Of a DNA stretch of 55,365 nt, positions 8,411 through 17,228 are shown piece by piece. The stretch is from Candidatus Faecimonas intestinavium (GTDB lineage: Bacteria; Bacillota_I; Bacilli_A; RF39; UBA660). A program made the translations under genes and the position numbers. The notes beneath the pieces were generated by a model, which had not been told where the DNA came from, did not search any database, and saw nothing but the letters and a program-made list of their open reading frames with translations. Each line of letters begins with the position of its first letter. Within the stretch, counting starts at the first letter, position 1. The stretch lies in NCBI GenBank assembly GCA_018716045.1, contig DVKL01000005.1, positions 1 through 55,365 of the forward strand. Direction: 5' to 3'.

Positions 8411-8953
8411 TTAAACTTCTCCTTCTATCATTTTACTATTATCAATATATAACACCTTTTTATCTTCTTTTAAACTTCTAGGAACATCAATAATTTCTTG
8501 ATTACTACTTCCTACATAATGAATTTTCTCACTTACTAGCTTTAAGACAAATTTACCATCAAGTAATACATCAATATGATGAAGTATCATATTTAAATCT
8601 TTATCATTTTCTTTTTCTCTTAGTAATTCATCATAACGATACCCAGTATATAACCATATTGTTTTATTAGGAAATTTGTCTCTAATCTCAACGACTAGTT
8701 CAGCAACCTCTCTACGATTACCCAAAAATAATGGGTCTCCACCTGATAAAGTAATTCCACTACACCAATCATGTTCTAGCTCATCAAAAATTTCTTTTTT
8801 AGCAGCATCATCAAACACTAACCCATCATCAGGATTCCAAGTAATTGCATTCTGACAGCCAGGGCATTGGTGAGAACAACCACTTACCCATAAAACTACA
8901 CGAAGTCCTTCTCCATTAAGCATATCTGCCTTAGTAATATTATGATATCTCAT
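8411..8953 (-). CDS. nrdG: Anaerobic RNR activating enzyme, copy 2
   Basis: DMLNGEGLRVVLWVSGCSHQCPGCQN, SGGDPL, GSSNQ. Confidence 0.95.
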   Translation of the reverse strand: MRYHNITKADMLNGEGLRVVLWVSGCSHQCPGCQNAITWNPDDGLVFDDAAKKEIFDELEHDWCSGITLSGGDPLFLGNRREVAELVVEIRDKFPNKTIWLYTGYRYDELLREKENDKDLNMILHHIDVLLDGKFVLKLVSEKIHYVGSSNQEIIDVPRSLKEDKKVLYIDNSKMIEGEV

Positions 8954-11086
8954 CTACATAGACTTCCTTTCAGAAATTTCAGCCATCTTAGCATTATTAA
9001 GCATCGTATCGCCATGAACCCTAGAATAAGACAAATACCCATTCATACGCTCTATCTTAGTAAGATCTGTACTACCACACTTTGGACAAACATCCATATC
9101 TAGTTCTTCATGACCACAATGATTACAATAAGATAATGATAAATTAACTCCTTCATAAAATCCTTTAGCCATAGCACGTTCAATATAAGTAACCATTGCT
9201 TTTGTATTATAGCTTAAATTATATCGAACATACTGAATTCTTCCGCCTCTAAATAAATCCCAAAACCTATCTTCTAAATCTTGTTTTTCTATTCCAGTAA
9301 TATCTTCCCATACTCCACAGTGAAAACTATTAGAAACATATTCACGAGAACTAACCCCAGGAATTACACCATACTTTTTACGGAACTGTTTAACTTGCAA
9401 TCCACACAAATTCTCAGCAGGTGTTCCATAAATTGCATATAAAATATGATCTTCTTTTTTAAACTCTGTAGTCTTTTGATTAATATATTTCATAACATCA
9501 AGTGCAAACTGTCCATCCTCAACAATACTCTTACCATTATATAATACTTGCAATTCATTTAAAGCAGTAATTCCAAAAGATGCCGTAGCGGCCTTCATAA
9601 TAGGCTCAATTGCATCATCTGGTTTTAAATTACCTCCGTAAAACCCTCCTTGACAATAAGCAAGCGGATTAGTAGATGCTTTTCGTTTTGCAAGATAACG
9701 ATAAGTTCTAATATGAATCTTACGAATCATTTCCAAATAATAATCAAGCACTTCATAAAAGTCTTTTTGTTCTTCACGAGCTTTGGCTAAAATCATTGGT
9801 AAATGTAATGAAATGGCACCGATATTAAATCTACCAATGAATACAGGTTTATCATTTTTATCAGCTGGCTCCATCCCACCTTTTTCATACCAAGGTGATA
9901 AAAATGCTCGACACCCCATAGGTGAAACAATTCTACCATATTTTTTATACATCTCTGGGACATAACCTTCTCCACTTAAAGATAAGTAATCTGGATACAT
10001 CGTTTTTTCACTACATTTGATAGCTGTAAGAAAACTATCACGAAGAATCCCACCTTCTCCATGAACTTTCTTATCATATAAAAATACAAGTTTTGGAAAC
10101 AAAGTCGGTCTCTTAAAACCTTTTTTTCCTTGGCCTTCACGATGTACATTCAAGATTGTTTTAGCAATCATTACTGCAAATTGATCAGTATCAACACCAA
10201 AAGTAAATGTTACGAATGGATAATCACCTCTACTAGAGCTAACGGTATTTAATTTATATTCAATACCCTGATAACCCTGTTCACACTCACGAATAGTTTT
10301 CTTCCAAGCATACTTATCTGCTTCATCTTTAAACTTACTCCCTTTAATATCTAGATACTCTTTATAATACATATCATAACTCATCTTTGCATATTTCTTT
10401 AACACAGTATCTACTTCAGGTACAGTAAATCCTCCATACTGCATAGCAGTAGTATTAATAATAACATCCCCCATTACATTAAAAGCAGTCTGTAATGTTT
10501 TAGGTTCTGTATACCAAATGTTACTCATTTCAAATCCATCTTTTAAGACATTAGCCATATCAAATAAACAACAATTCATCGTATCCCTTCGATAAGCCAT
10601 ATCATGAATATAAATATAACCATCTTTACAAGCTTCTATTTCATTAGCCGTTAAAAAGAATTTTTTATAAAGTTCCTTATTTAAACTATTATAAATTAAA
10701 CACCTTTGTGTTGTTACTAAAGCGCTATCCATATTAGAACATTCTTTATCCCCAATATAAGTAATTGCTTGTGCTCTCTTATAAACCTTATCTAAAATAT
10801 GAACAATTTCTTTCTTATAGTCACGATACTCCCGATAACTTTTAGCGACTAAGGGATTAATATCTTCTAGTGCAATTTCACAGCAACTATGTAATTGTTC
10901 TACAGTAGGGTTACTAGTCTGCGTATTTAGTAACTCTAATACTCTAGAGACAATTTTTTCCAATGCCTCATCGGTTAAATCAACCATAACTCGCTCGGCA
11001 CTTGCGATAACAGCCTTTTTAACTCTCTCTGGGTCAAATTTCTCTAAATTACCATTTTTTTTAATTACCATAATCTCTTTTGCCAT
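8954..11086 (-). CDS. nrdD: Class III RNR catalytic subunit, copy 2, full length
   Basis: ATP-cone-like N-terminus, IYIHDM, MNCCL, PMGCR, YGTPAE, NSFH, CNHC/CPKC, glycyl-radical loop ERMNGYL. Confidence 0.95.
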   Translation of the reverse strand: MAKEIMVIKKNGNLEKFDPERVKKAVIASAERVMVDLTDEALEKIVSRVLELLNTQTSNPTVEQLHSCCEIALEDINPLVAKSYREYRDYKKEIVHILDKVYKRAQAITYIGDKECSNMDSALVTTQRCLIYNSLNKELYKKFFLTANEIEACKDGYIYIHDMAYRRDTMNCCLFDMANVLKDGFEMSNIWYTEPKTLQTAFNVMGDVIINTTAMQYGGFTVPEVDTVLKKYAKMSYDMYYKEYLDIKGSKFKDEADKYAWKKTIRECEQGYQGIEYKLNTVSSSRGDYPFVTFTFGVDTDQFAVMIAKTILNVHREGQGKKGFKRPTLFPKLVFLYDKKVHGEGGILRDSFLTAIKCSEKTMYPDYLSLSGEGYVPEMYKKYGRIVSPMGCRAFLSPWYEKGGMEPADKNDKPVFIGRFNIGAISLHLPMILAKAREEQKDFYEVLDYYLEMIRKIHIRTYRYLAKRKASTNPLAYCQGGFYGGNLKPDDAIEPIMKAATASFGITALNELQVLYNGKSIVEDGQFALDVMKYINQKTTEFKKEDHILYAIYGTPAENLCGLQVKQFRKKYGVIPGVSSREYVSNSFHCGVWEDITGIEKQDLEDRFWDLFRGGRIQYVRYNLSYNTKAMVTYIERAMAKGFYEGVNLSLSYCNHCGHEELDMDVCPKCGSTDLTKIERMNGYLSYSRVHGDTMLNNAKMAEISERKSM

Positions 11087-11137
11087 ACTTACCTCTCCTA
11101 TCCTATAAATTCCATTCTACTCTACAAAATAAAAAAG

Positions 11138-11161
11138 TTATTGTTGCATTTGCAACAATAA
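11138..11161. promoter_or_regulatory. Crp/Fnr-family operator between divergent nrdD2 and the regulator gene
   Basis: TTATTGTTGCA-TT-TGCAACAATAA (11-bp perfect arms); centred about -42 from the nrdD2 -10 TAGAAT (11119-11114); overlaps the -35 (TTGCAA 11150-11155) of the regulator's own promoter (TGtTAAAAT 11170-11178). Confidence 0.75.
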
Positions 11162-11201
11162 GAAAAATTTGTTAAAATAGACGAGAAAGAAGTGATAAAA
11201 A

Positions 11202-11828
11202 ATGTCTAAAACTCTTGATGAAACAAGACTTTTACAATTCAAAAAAAATTTGTCAAACTGTGTCAATGTCAAACGTAAAACATTTTACAACAAAGATTTA
11301 ATTTTAAGTTATTCTCCGATAAAAAAGAAAATAGGTTTCATCACTTATGGAAAAGCAAATATAGTAAAAACAGATAGTAATGGTAATACAACAATCATGA
11401 GAGATTTAAAACAGAATGATATTTTTTCCAACCTTTTTTTTCAAGATTCAGAAGATGAAATATATATCATTAGTAATGAAGAAACAGAAGTAATATTTAT
11501 TGACTACTACACGATTTTAAAAAACTGCAATCAAGGATGCCCTTTTCATCATAAGTTAGTTCTAACATTATTCGACTTATTAATACTAGATAACAAACAA
11601 CAAAATGAGAAAATAGAACTATTATCGAAACGTACAGTAGAAGAAAAAATATTATTTTTCTTAAAGCAAAGAATGAATGAAAACAATATTTTTAAAGTAA
11701 CTACATCTTATAAAGCTATCGCAGAATATTTATTTGTAGATAGAGCTAACCTAATGAGAGAATTAAAAAAGATGGAAGAAAAAGGATTAATAGAAAAAAA
11801 TGAAAAGATGATTAAAATTAATGTCTAA
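11202..11828 (+). CDS. Crp/Fnr-family transcriptional regulator (HcpR-like)
   Basis: cNMP-fold N-terminus (G.A.IVKTD.NGN), C...C..H motif, LSKRTVEEKIL, HTH IAEYLFVDRANLMRELKKMEEKGLI. Confidence 0.88.
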   Translation: MSKTLDETRLLQFKKNLSNCVNVKRKTFYNKDLILSYSPIKKKIGFITYGKANIVKTDSNGNTTIMRDLKQNDIFSNLFFQDSEDEIYIISNEETEVIFIDYYTILKNCNQGCPFHHKLVLTLFDLLILDNKQQNEKIELLSKRTVEEKILFFLKQRMNENNIFKVTTSYKAIAEYLFVDRANLMRELKKMEEKGLIEKNEKMIKINV

Positions 11829-12942
11829 TCATCTTTTCTTTTACTACTTTAGAAGAAGCATATTTTAAATGTTCTTGATATAGTGTTTCATAATAATAAG
11901 AATTAGATGTGCGAAATATATGATATAAATCAGGGTCTTGGTAAACTTCATCTTCTAAAAACAAATGATCTAAATCAACAACAACACACTCCCCTTTAGA
12001 TAATACAGTTTCGTTACATCCATGTAAACCACGACTTTCCATAGAAAGAGCCAAGGGCTGATAATAATAAAGATTATTATCCTTTAATAATCGACCAATA
12101 TTACTTTCTTTAGCATCCAACCAAATAATACCATACTGACGAAGTTTTTCATATAAAGAATAAACTTCTGATGTAGAAATATTCAAATCCATATCTACTT
12201 TCTCTTCTACTTCAATAGTACCACGAATAGATGAAATATCTTCTAAATTAACACGAATAAGAGGCTGCAAAAGATAAGGACAGTTAGGAACATGATAACA
12301 AAATCTTTTACCACCAACTTTAATAACTTTACTTCCTATCTCTATAACATCAGAATAAGCTCCCTGTGGAAGACATTTAATATCGGTATAACTTAACCCC
12401 TCTTCATTTAAAATATCGTCTGTTAAAAGACTGATAACAGAAAACAACTCCTTCAACTGTTCTTTTGTATAAATATAACTTAATTGTTTGCCTAATAAAT
12501 AAAAAATATATTCCTCTTTATTTGTTTCTAAAAAACTATCCAATTCTGGTTTATGACTATAATCAACAAAACTAGGCAAAGAAGCAAGAGTAAAAACACT
12601 TTCCCTAGGATATTTTTTTATTATTTCCATAAAATGTTCATTTATATACTTCTTTCTTTGAAATTTTTCAGGAAGATAATAAAAATTATGTCCTAAGTTA
12701 GATAATAAAAGAAAAGTATTATCCAAAATAAAAGAATACATATTATCATGTAAAGATAACTCTTCTAAAACAGGAACAATCATAAAACTATTACATTTGG
12801 ATAAAACTGTAGAAAAATTATTCTGAATGGCTTTACTTACTAGCTCAGTAGGACTTTGTTCATATAAAGAATGAAAAAAAGAAGGAGTAATATTATAATG
12901 TGAAAAAGCATCTTCAAGCTGACTAGAAATAGTATGATACAT
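11818..12942 (-). CDS. Orphan protein with a C-terminal protein-kinase-like domain
   Basis: GAYSDV..VIK, WLDAKESNIG (catalytic loop-like), VVVDLD (DFG-like); start MYHT after AGGAGG. Confidence 0.6.
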   Translation of the reverse strand: MYHTISSQLEDAFSHYNITPSFFHSLYEQSPTELVSKAIQNNFSTVLSKCNSFMIVPVLEELSLHDNMYSFILDNTFLLLSNLGHNFYYLPEKFQRKKYINEHFMEIIKKYPRESVFTLASLPSFVDYSHKPELDSFLETNKEEYIFYLLGKQLSYIYTKEQLKELFSVISLLTDDILNEEGLSYTDIKCLPQGAYSDVIEIGSKVIKVGGKRFCYHVPNCPYLLQPLIRVNLEDISSIRGTIEVEEKVDMDLNISTSEVYSLYEKLRQYGIIWLDAKESNIGRLLKDNNLYYYQPLALSMESRGLHGCNETVLSKGECVVVDLDHLFLEDEVYQDPDLYHIFRTSNSYYYETLYQEHLKYASSKVVKEKMIRH

Positions 12943-13006
12943 AAAACTCCTCCTAAAATTAATTTTTATCATACCATATTAAGCCTACGAAAACAATAAA
13001 AAAAGA

Positions 13007-15163
13007 TTAGCGAGGAAGTAAACTCAAACTAACCTTTCCTTTTTCTAAAGAAATATCATCAACATAACAGTCTACAATATCACCAACACTGACAACTTCA
13101 CTTGGATGTTTAATATATTTATCTGTAAGTTTAGAGATATGAGCAAGTCCATCATTATGAAGACCAATATCAATAAACACTCCAAAATCAACTACATTAC
13201 GAACAGTACCCTGTAATTTCATACCAACAGTTAAATCTTTAATATCTAAGATATCACTTCTAAGTAATGGTTGAGGCATTTCATCTCTAGGATCCAAGTT
13301 AGGCTTTTTCAACGATAAAATAACATCTTCTAAGGTATATTGATCAGTATTTAATTTTTCTTGATAGCTACTAACATCAATTTTATTCAATCTATCAATC
13401 AACTCACTACTACCAATATCATTAATAGTAAATCCCAAATCTTGAAGTAATGAAACCGCAACATTATAACTTTCAGGATGGATTGACGTTTTATCTAACG
13501 GATTTTTCCCATCAGGAATACGTAAGAATCCAATTGCCTGTTCATATGCTTTATCTGTAAGTAACTTTTTATCATGAATTTCTTCACGAGATAAAATTTT
13601 ACCAACCTTCTCACGGTATTCAATAATCTTTTGACATGCTTTCTTAGTAAGTCCAGATACATAACTAAGTAAGGAACTAGAAGCAGTATTAACATTAACT
13701 CCTACACTATTAACACACTTTTCAACAACAAAGTCTAAAGAACTAGAAAGCTTCTTTTGACTAACATCATGCTGATAAAGTCCTACACCTATTCCTTCTG
13801 GTGGGATTTTAACAAGTTCAGCAAGAGGATCTTGAAGCCTTCTACCAATACTTACAGCACTACGTTTTTCTATTGCTAAATCAGGAAACTCTTCTGCTGC
13901 AATAGGAGAAGCACTATAAATTGATGCACCTGCTTCTGATACAATTACATATTTACAATCTAACTTGTATTCTTTTATCATATCAGCACAGAACTTTTCA
14001 GATTCACGTGAAGCAGTACCATTACCAATCGCAATAATATCTACATGATAACGTTTAATAAGCTGTACAACAACTTCTTTTGACAAACGAATTCTATCTT
14101 CACTATTACTATTTAAAAATGGTTTAATAACCGTAGAATCCAAATATTTACCATTCTTATCAACAACAGCCAACTTACATCCATTTACAAAACCCGGATC
14201 AAAAGCAAGAACCACTTGTTCTTTCATTGGCGGTGTTAAAAGTAAAGCTTCTAAATTCTTACCAAAATTATCAATCGCAGCTTCTTCTCCTTTTTCTGAT
14301 AATTCTGTACGAATTTCTCTTTCAATCGATGGTGCAATCAATCTCTTATAAGAATCTTCAATTGCTTCTTTAATACTATCAACTACAAATGACTTTTCAT
14401 TTTTAATTAATTTTTTCTCTAAAAAGTCAAGAATTCCTTCTTTATCTACATCAATAGAAACAGTTAATACTTTCCCTTTTTCCCCACGATTTAACGCTAA
14501 AACACGATGAGGCTTAATCCATTTCACAGGTTCATTATAATCATAATACATTTCATATACCTTACCCTCATCTTCAGCATTCTTTTTCATCTTAGAAACA
14601 ATGATACCATTCTTATAAAAATAACTACGAATCCATTTACGATAACTAGCATTATCACTAATCCATTCAGCAATAATATACTTAGCTCCAGTAATAGCAT
14701 CTTCAACAGACTTTACCTTATCATTCACAAACTTACTAGCCATATCACCTAAACTGCCATTCGTAGGAAAACTCATCATCATTTTAGCAAGAGGCTCTAA
14801 TCCTAAAGCAATTGCTTCTGTAGCCTTTGTCTTTTTCTTTTCTTTATAAGGGCGATATAAATCTTCTACTTCAACTAATTTTGTACAATTCATAATAGAA
14901 TTTTTTAATTCGTCAGTAAGCATACCTTTTTCATCTATTAAACGAATAACGTCTTCTTTACGTTTTAATAAATTCACTTGATATTCATAAACTTCATTAA
15001 TAGAACGTATTGTCTCTTCATCTAATGCCCCTGTTGCTTCTTTTCTATAACGAGCAATAAAAGGAACAGTATTTCCTTCAGCTAACATAGATAAAACAAC
15101 TTCAACTTGTTTATCAGTAATATTTAAATTATTTGCTATTTCTTTAATAATAAATTCATTCAT
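13007..15163 (-). CDS. tex: Tex-family RNA-binding transcription accessory protein
   Basis: GNTVPFIARYRKEATG, EVEDLYRPYK, AIGNGTASRE, IGVGLYQHD, C-terminal S1 domain. Confidence 0.96.
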   Translation of the reverse strand: MNEFIIKEIANNLNITDKQVEVVLSMLAEGNTVPFIARYRKEATGALDEETIRSINEVYEYQVNLLKRKEDVIRLIDEKGMLTDELKNSIMNCTKLVEVEDLYRPYKEKKKTKATEAIALGLEPLAKMMMSFPTNGSLGDMASKFVNDKVKSVEDAITGAKYIIAEWISDNASYRKWIRSYFYKNGIIVSKMKKNAEDEGKVYEMYYDYNEPVKWIKPHRVLALNRGEKGKVLTVSIDVDKEGILDFLEKKLIKNEKSFVVDSIKEAIEDSYKRLIAPSIEREIRTELSEKGEEAAIDNFGKNLEALLLTPPMKEQVVLAFDPGFVNGCKLAVVDKNGKYLDSTVIKPFLNSNSEDRIRLSKEVVVQLIKRYHVDIIAIGNGTASRESEKFCADMIKEYKLDCKYVIVSEAGASIYSASPIAAEEFPDLAIEKRSAVSIGRRLQDPLAELVKIPPEGIGVGLYQHDVSQKKLSSSLDFVVEKCVNSVGVNVNTASSSLLSYVSGLTKKACQKIIEYREKVGKILSREEIHDKKLLTDKAYEQAIGFLRIPDGKNPLDKTSIHPESYNVAVSLLQDLGFTINDIGSSELIDRLNKIDVSSYQEKLNTDQYTLEDVILSLKKPNLDPRDEMPQPLLRSDILDIKDLTVGMKLQGTVRNVVDFGVFIDIGLHNDGLAHISKLTDKYIKHPSEVVSVGDIVDCYVDDISLEKGKVSLSLLPR

Positions 15164-15231
15164 CAAAATACCTCCATCTTGTATAGCATAATTATTTTAT
15201 CATAAAAAGCAAAAAAAAAGGAATAATATCC

Positions 15232-15504
15232 TTATAATTTTTTAGAACCAATAGACTTACCTTCTAAATCGATTCCTACATCTAGAAAAGAATCATCACC
15301 ACTTTGCGAAATACGATTTAAAATTTCACTAACTTTATCAACGGCTACTACATCATTCAAAATATCTTTCCCGAAAAACTCTCCTAAAAGAGAAGAGTCG
15401 GTATCAGGAATACTCAAAGAAGAAAATAAAGAACGATTATCCTCACCTCTTTCTTCAAAGTCTTGATTATCTAAAGTATCATCAGGTACATCTATAAAAT
15501 CCAT
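15232..15504 (-). CDS. Small acidic hypothetical protein
   Basis: ORF with AAGGAGG RBS before MDFIDV. Confidence 0.6.
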   Translation of the reverse strand: MDFIDVPDDTLDNQDFEERGEDNRSLFSSLSIPDTDSSLLGEFFGKDILNDVVAVDKVSEILNRISQSGDDSFLDVGIDLEGKSIGSKKL

Positions 15505-15566
15505 AAGCCAAACCTCCTTAAAAGTAAACATATAATATCAAAAAAAAGAAAATAATTCAAGAAAAA

Positions 15567-16232
15567 TTAATACCCATACCTTAAAATCTCAAATGTAGTA
15601 TTGTAAGAAACTTCATTCTTTAAAGCTTCTGCCGACGATCTATAAAGTAAATCAAACAAATGACTTTTACCAAAGCCAACGGCTCCACCACGATCTAATA
15701 CAATACCAACAAACTCAGATAATCTAGAACCCTTAACTCTTACAATAGTTCCGTACGGATAAGACCTGTCTCCTGCTAGAATACGAACATTTCCATATGT
15801 TGAATCAGAATAATAAATATTACCATTTCTAACATCAATACCACTAGCAAGGAATCCACTACACCCTACACAATCAGGTCCATACCCACTAAGACTCCCA
15901 ACTTGAGTCTCTAATACATCACTAATTGTCTCTTGTGGGGCGGAAGATACTTCTTCAGTAATAATATCCTCCTTCTCATCTTTTGCTGAATTTTCTCTAT
16001 CCACATCTTCTTCAACAACAACTTCTATTTCCTCATCTTCATCAGTTTTTTCTAGAGCCTTTGATTCCTTTTTATTTTCATCAAAAGAAAGCAAATCTGA
16101 ACTCTTAAGCTTTTTAACATCTAAATCAGTTGAGACTGATACTGGATTCATACTTTGTATCCCAACCAAAGTAATATAAACAACAATTCCTACTATCAAA
16201 ATAGAATTAAGAACATAACTTAAAATTTTCAT
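15567..16232 (-). CDS. Membrane-anchored 3D-domain (MltA/YocH-like) cell-wall hydrolase
   Basis: N-terminal TM, acidic linker, ASG...ILAGD..PYGT..VLDRGGA...FDL (three Asp); start MKIL after AAGGAG. Confidence 0.82.
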   Translation of the reverse strand: MKILSYVLNSILIVGIVVYITLVGIQSMNPVSVSTDLDVKKLKSSDLLSFDENKKESKALEKTDEDEEIEVVVEEDVDRENSAKDEKEDIITEEVSSAPQETISDVLETQVGSLSGYGPDCVGCSGFLASGIDVRNGNIYYSDSTYGNVRILAGDRSYPYGTIVRVKGSRLSEFVGIVLDRGGAVGFGKSHLFDLLYRSSAEALKNEVSYNTTFEILRYGY

Positions 16233-16254
16233 AAAAAAACTCCTTGTGAATATA

Positions 16255-16293
16255 AATATAGCATATTTACAAAGAGTTGACAATGGATTGACA
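16255..16293 (-). promoter_or_regulatory. Promoter with three 11-bp-period direct repeats (WalR/OmpR-family-like box)
   Basis: TGTCAA-N5-TGTCAA-N5-TGTAAA (16293-16266) overlapping TTGTCA-17-TATATT with an extended -10 TG. Confidence 0.6.
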
Positions 16294-16320
16294 AAAATTA
16301 CCAATTGTAAAGAGTGTAAA

Positions 16321-17217
16321 TCATCTTACTTCACAATCATAACCGCTCATTTCCATAACCCGTTTAATTTCCTTATATTCATCACCCTTTTTGGCATTTG
16401 GAGAAACCCCACCTGCCTCAGAAAAAGAAGTGGTAATATTCGCAGAGTCAAATCGTGCTAAATTAAAAAATTGAGTTTCTAACATTTCTTCATCAGACAA
16501 ATCACAATCCACAGTAACTCCAGAAATAGAGCTTGCTGTCTGCTGTAATTGCTGACATTGTACATTACGTTGATTCAAATAATCTGCTTCTCCTTGAATC
16601 AAAACTTTATGTTCTAAACTACCAATTTCCCCATTATCGAAGGAATAAGTTTCTGTATATTGATAACTATTCCCTAAATCATCACCATCCATAGTACAAA
16701 CCAAATCGCCTACAGTTACATCATCAATCACTTCTTCTGTATTATTAGCAAAAATCTTATCAAACAAATCTTCAGAATAAGGCAATACAAGAACAGTACC
16801 TAATAAAAGAATAAAAGAAATAATTAACAATATAGGCTTAGAAGATTTCGTATTAGAAGATGGAGAAGAACTAGACACAGAGTTATCAGTAACATTTTCA
16901 TTCTGTGGGTGTTTTAGAGAAGATTTAGGAGCGGACTGTTGCTTTATAGTATGGGGAGAAGCAACAAAAATAGAATCTGGAGAAATCCTAGGAGAATTAG
17001 CGGTAGTACCAACAACATTAGGTTTAGAAACAAAAGGTGATACTCTAGACTCACTAGATGCCTCATCAGGATGAACAGAATTAGATTGACTAACCGCACT
17101 CTCTACATTAGTTTCCATACCACTAGGGACTACAGGAACATCCACAGTAGAAGCATTTTGCATAGGCGTAGACGTAGATGGAGTCTCTAATAATTCAACC
17201 TCTTCATCTTTATTCAT
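16321..17217 (-). CDS. Membrane protein: Ser/Pro-rich N-terminus, TM, four-Cys extracellular domain (paralog of the next gene)
   Basis: C-terminal domain aligns with 17229..18686 (L.CTM, C..LQQ, V.C.LS, EAGG..PN, ME.S.Y.CE). Confidence 0.8.
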   Translation of the reverse strand: MNKDEEVELLETPSTSTPMQNASTVDVPVVPSGMETNVESAVSQSNSVHPDEASSESRVSPFVSKPNVVGTTANSPRISPDSIFVASPHTIKQQSAPKSSLKHPQNENVTDNSVSSSSPSSNTKSSKPILLIISFILLLGTVLVLPYSEDLFDKIFANNTEEVIDDVTVGDLVCTMDGDDLGNSYQYTETYSFDNGEIGSLEHKVLIQGEADYLNQRNVQCQQLQQTASSISGVTVDCDLSDEEMLETQFFNLARFDSANITTSFSEAGGVSPNAKKGDEYKEIKRVMEMSGYDCEVR

Positions 17218-17228
17218 AATACATCACC

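Noticed and set aside
7956-11086. Prophage origin of nrdD2-nrdG2-dut
   Set aside because: No integrase, structural or lysis genes, and the operon is linked to a host-type regulator
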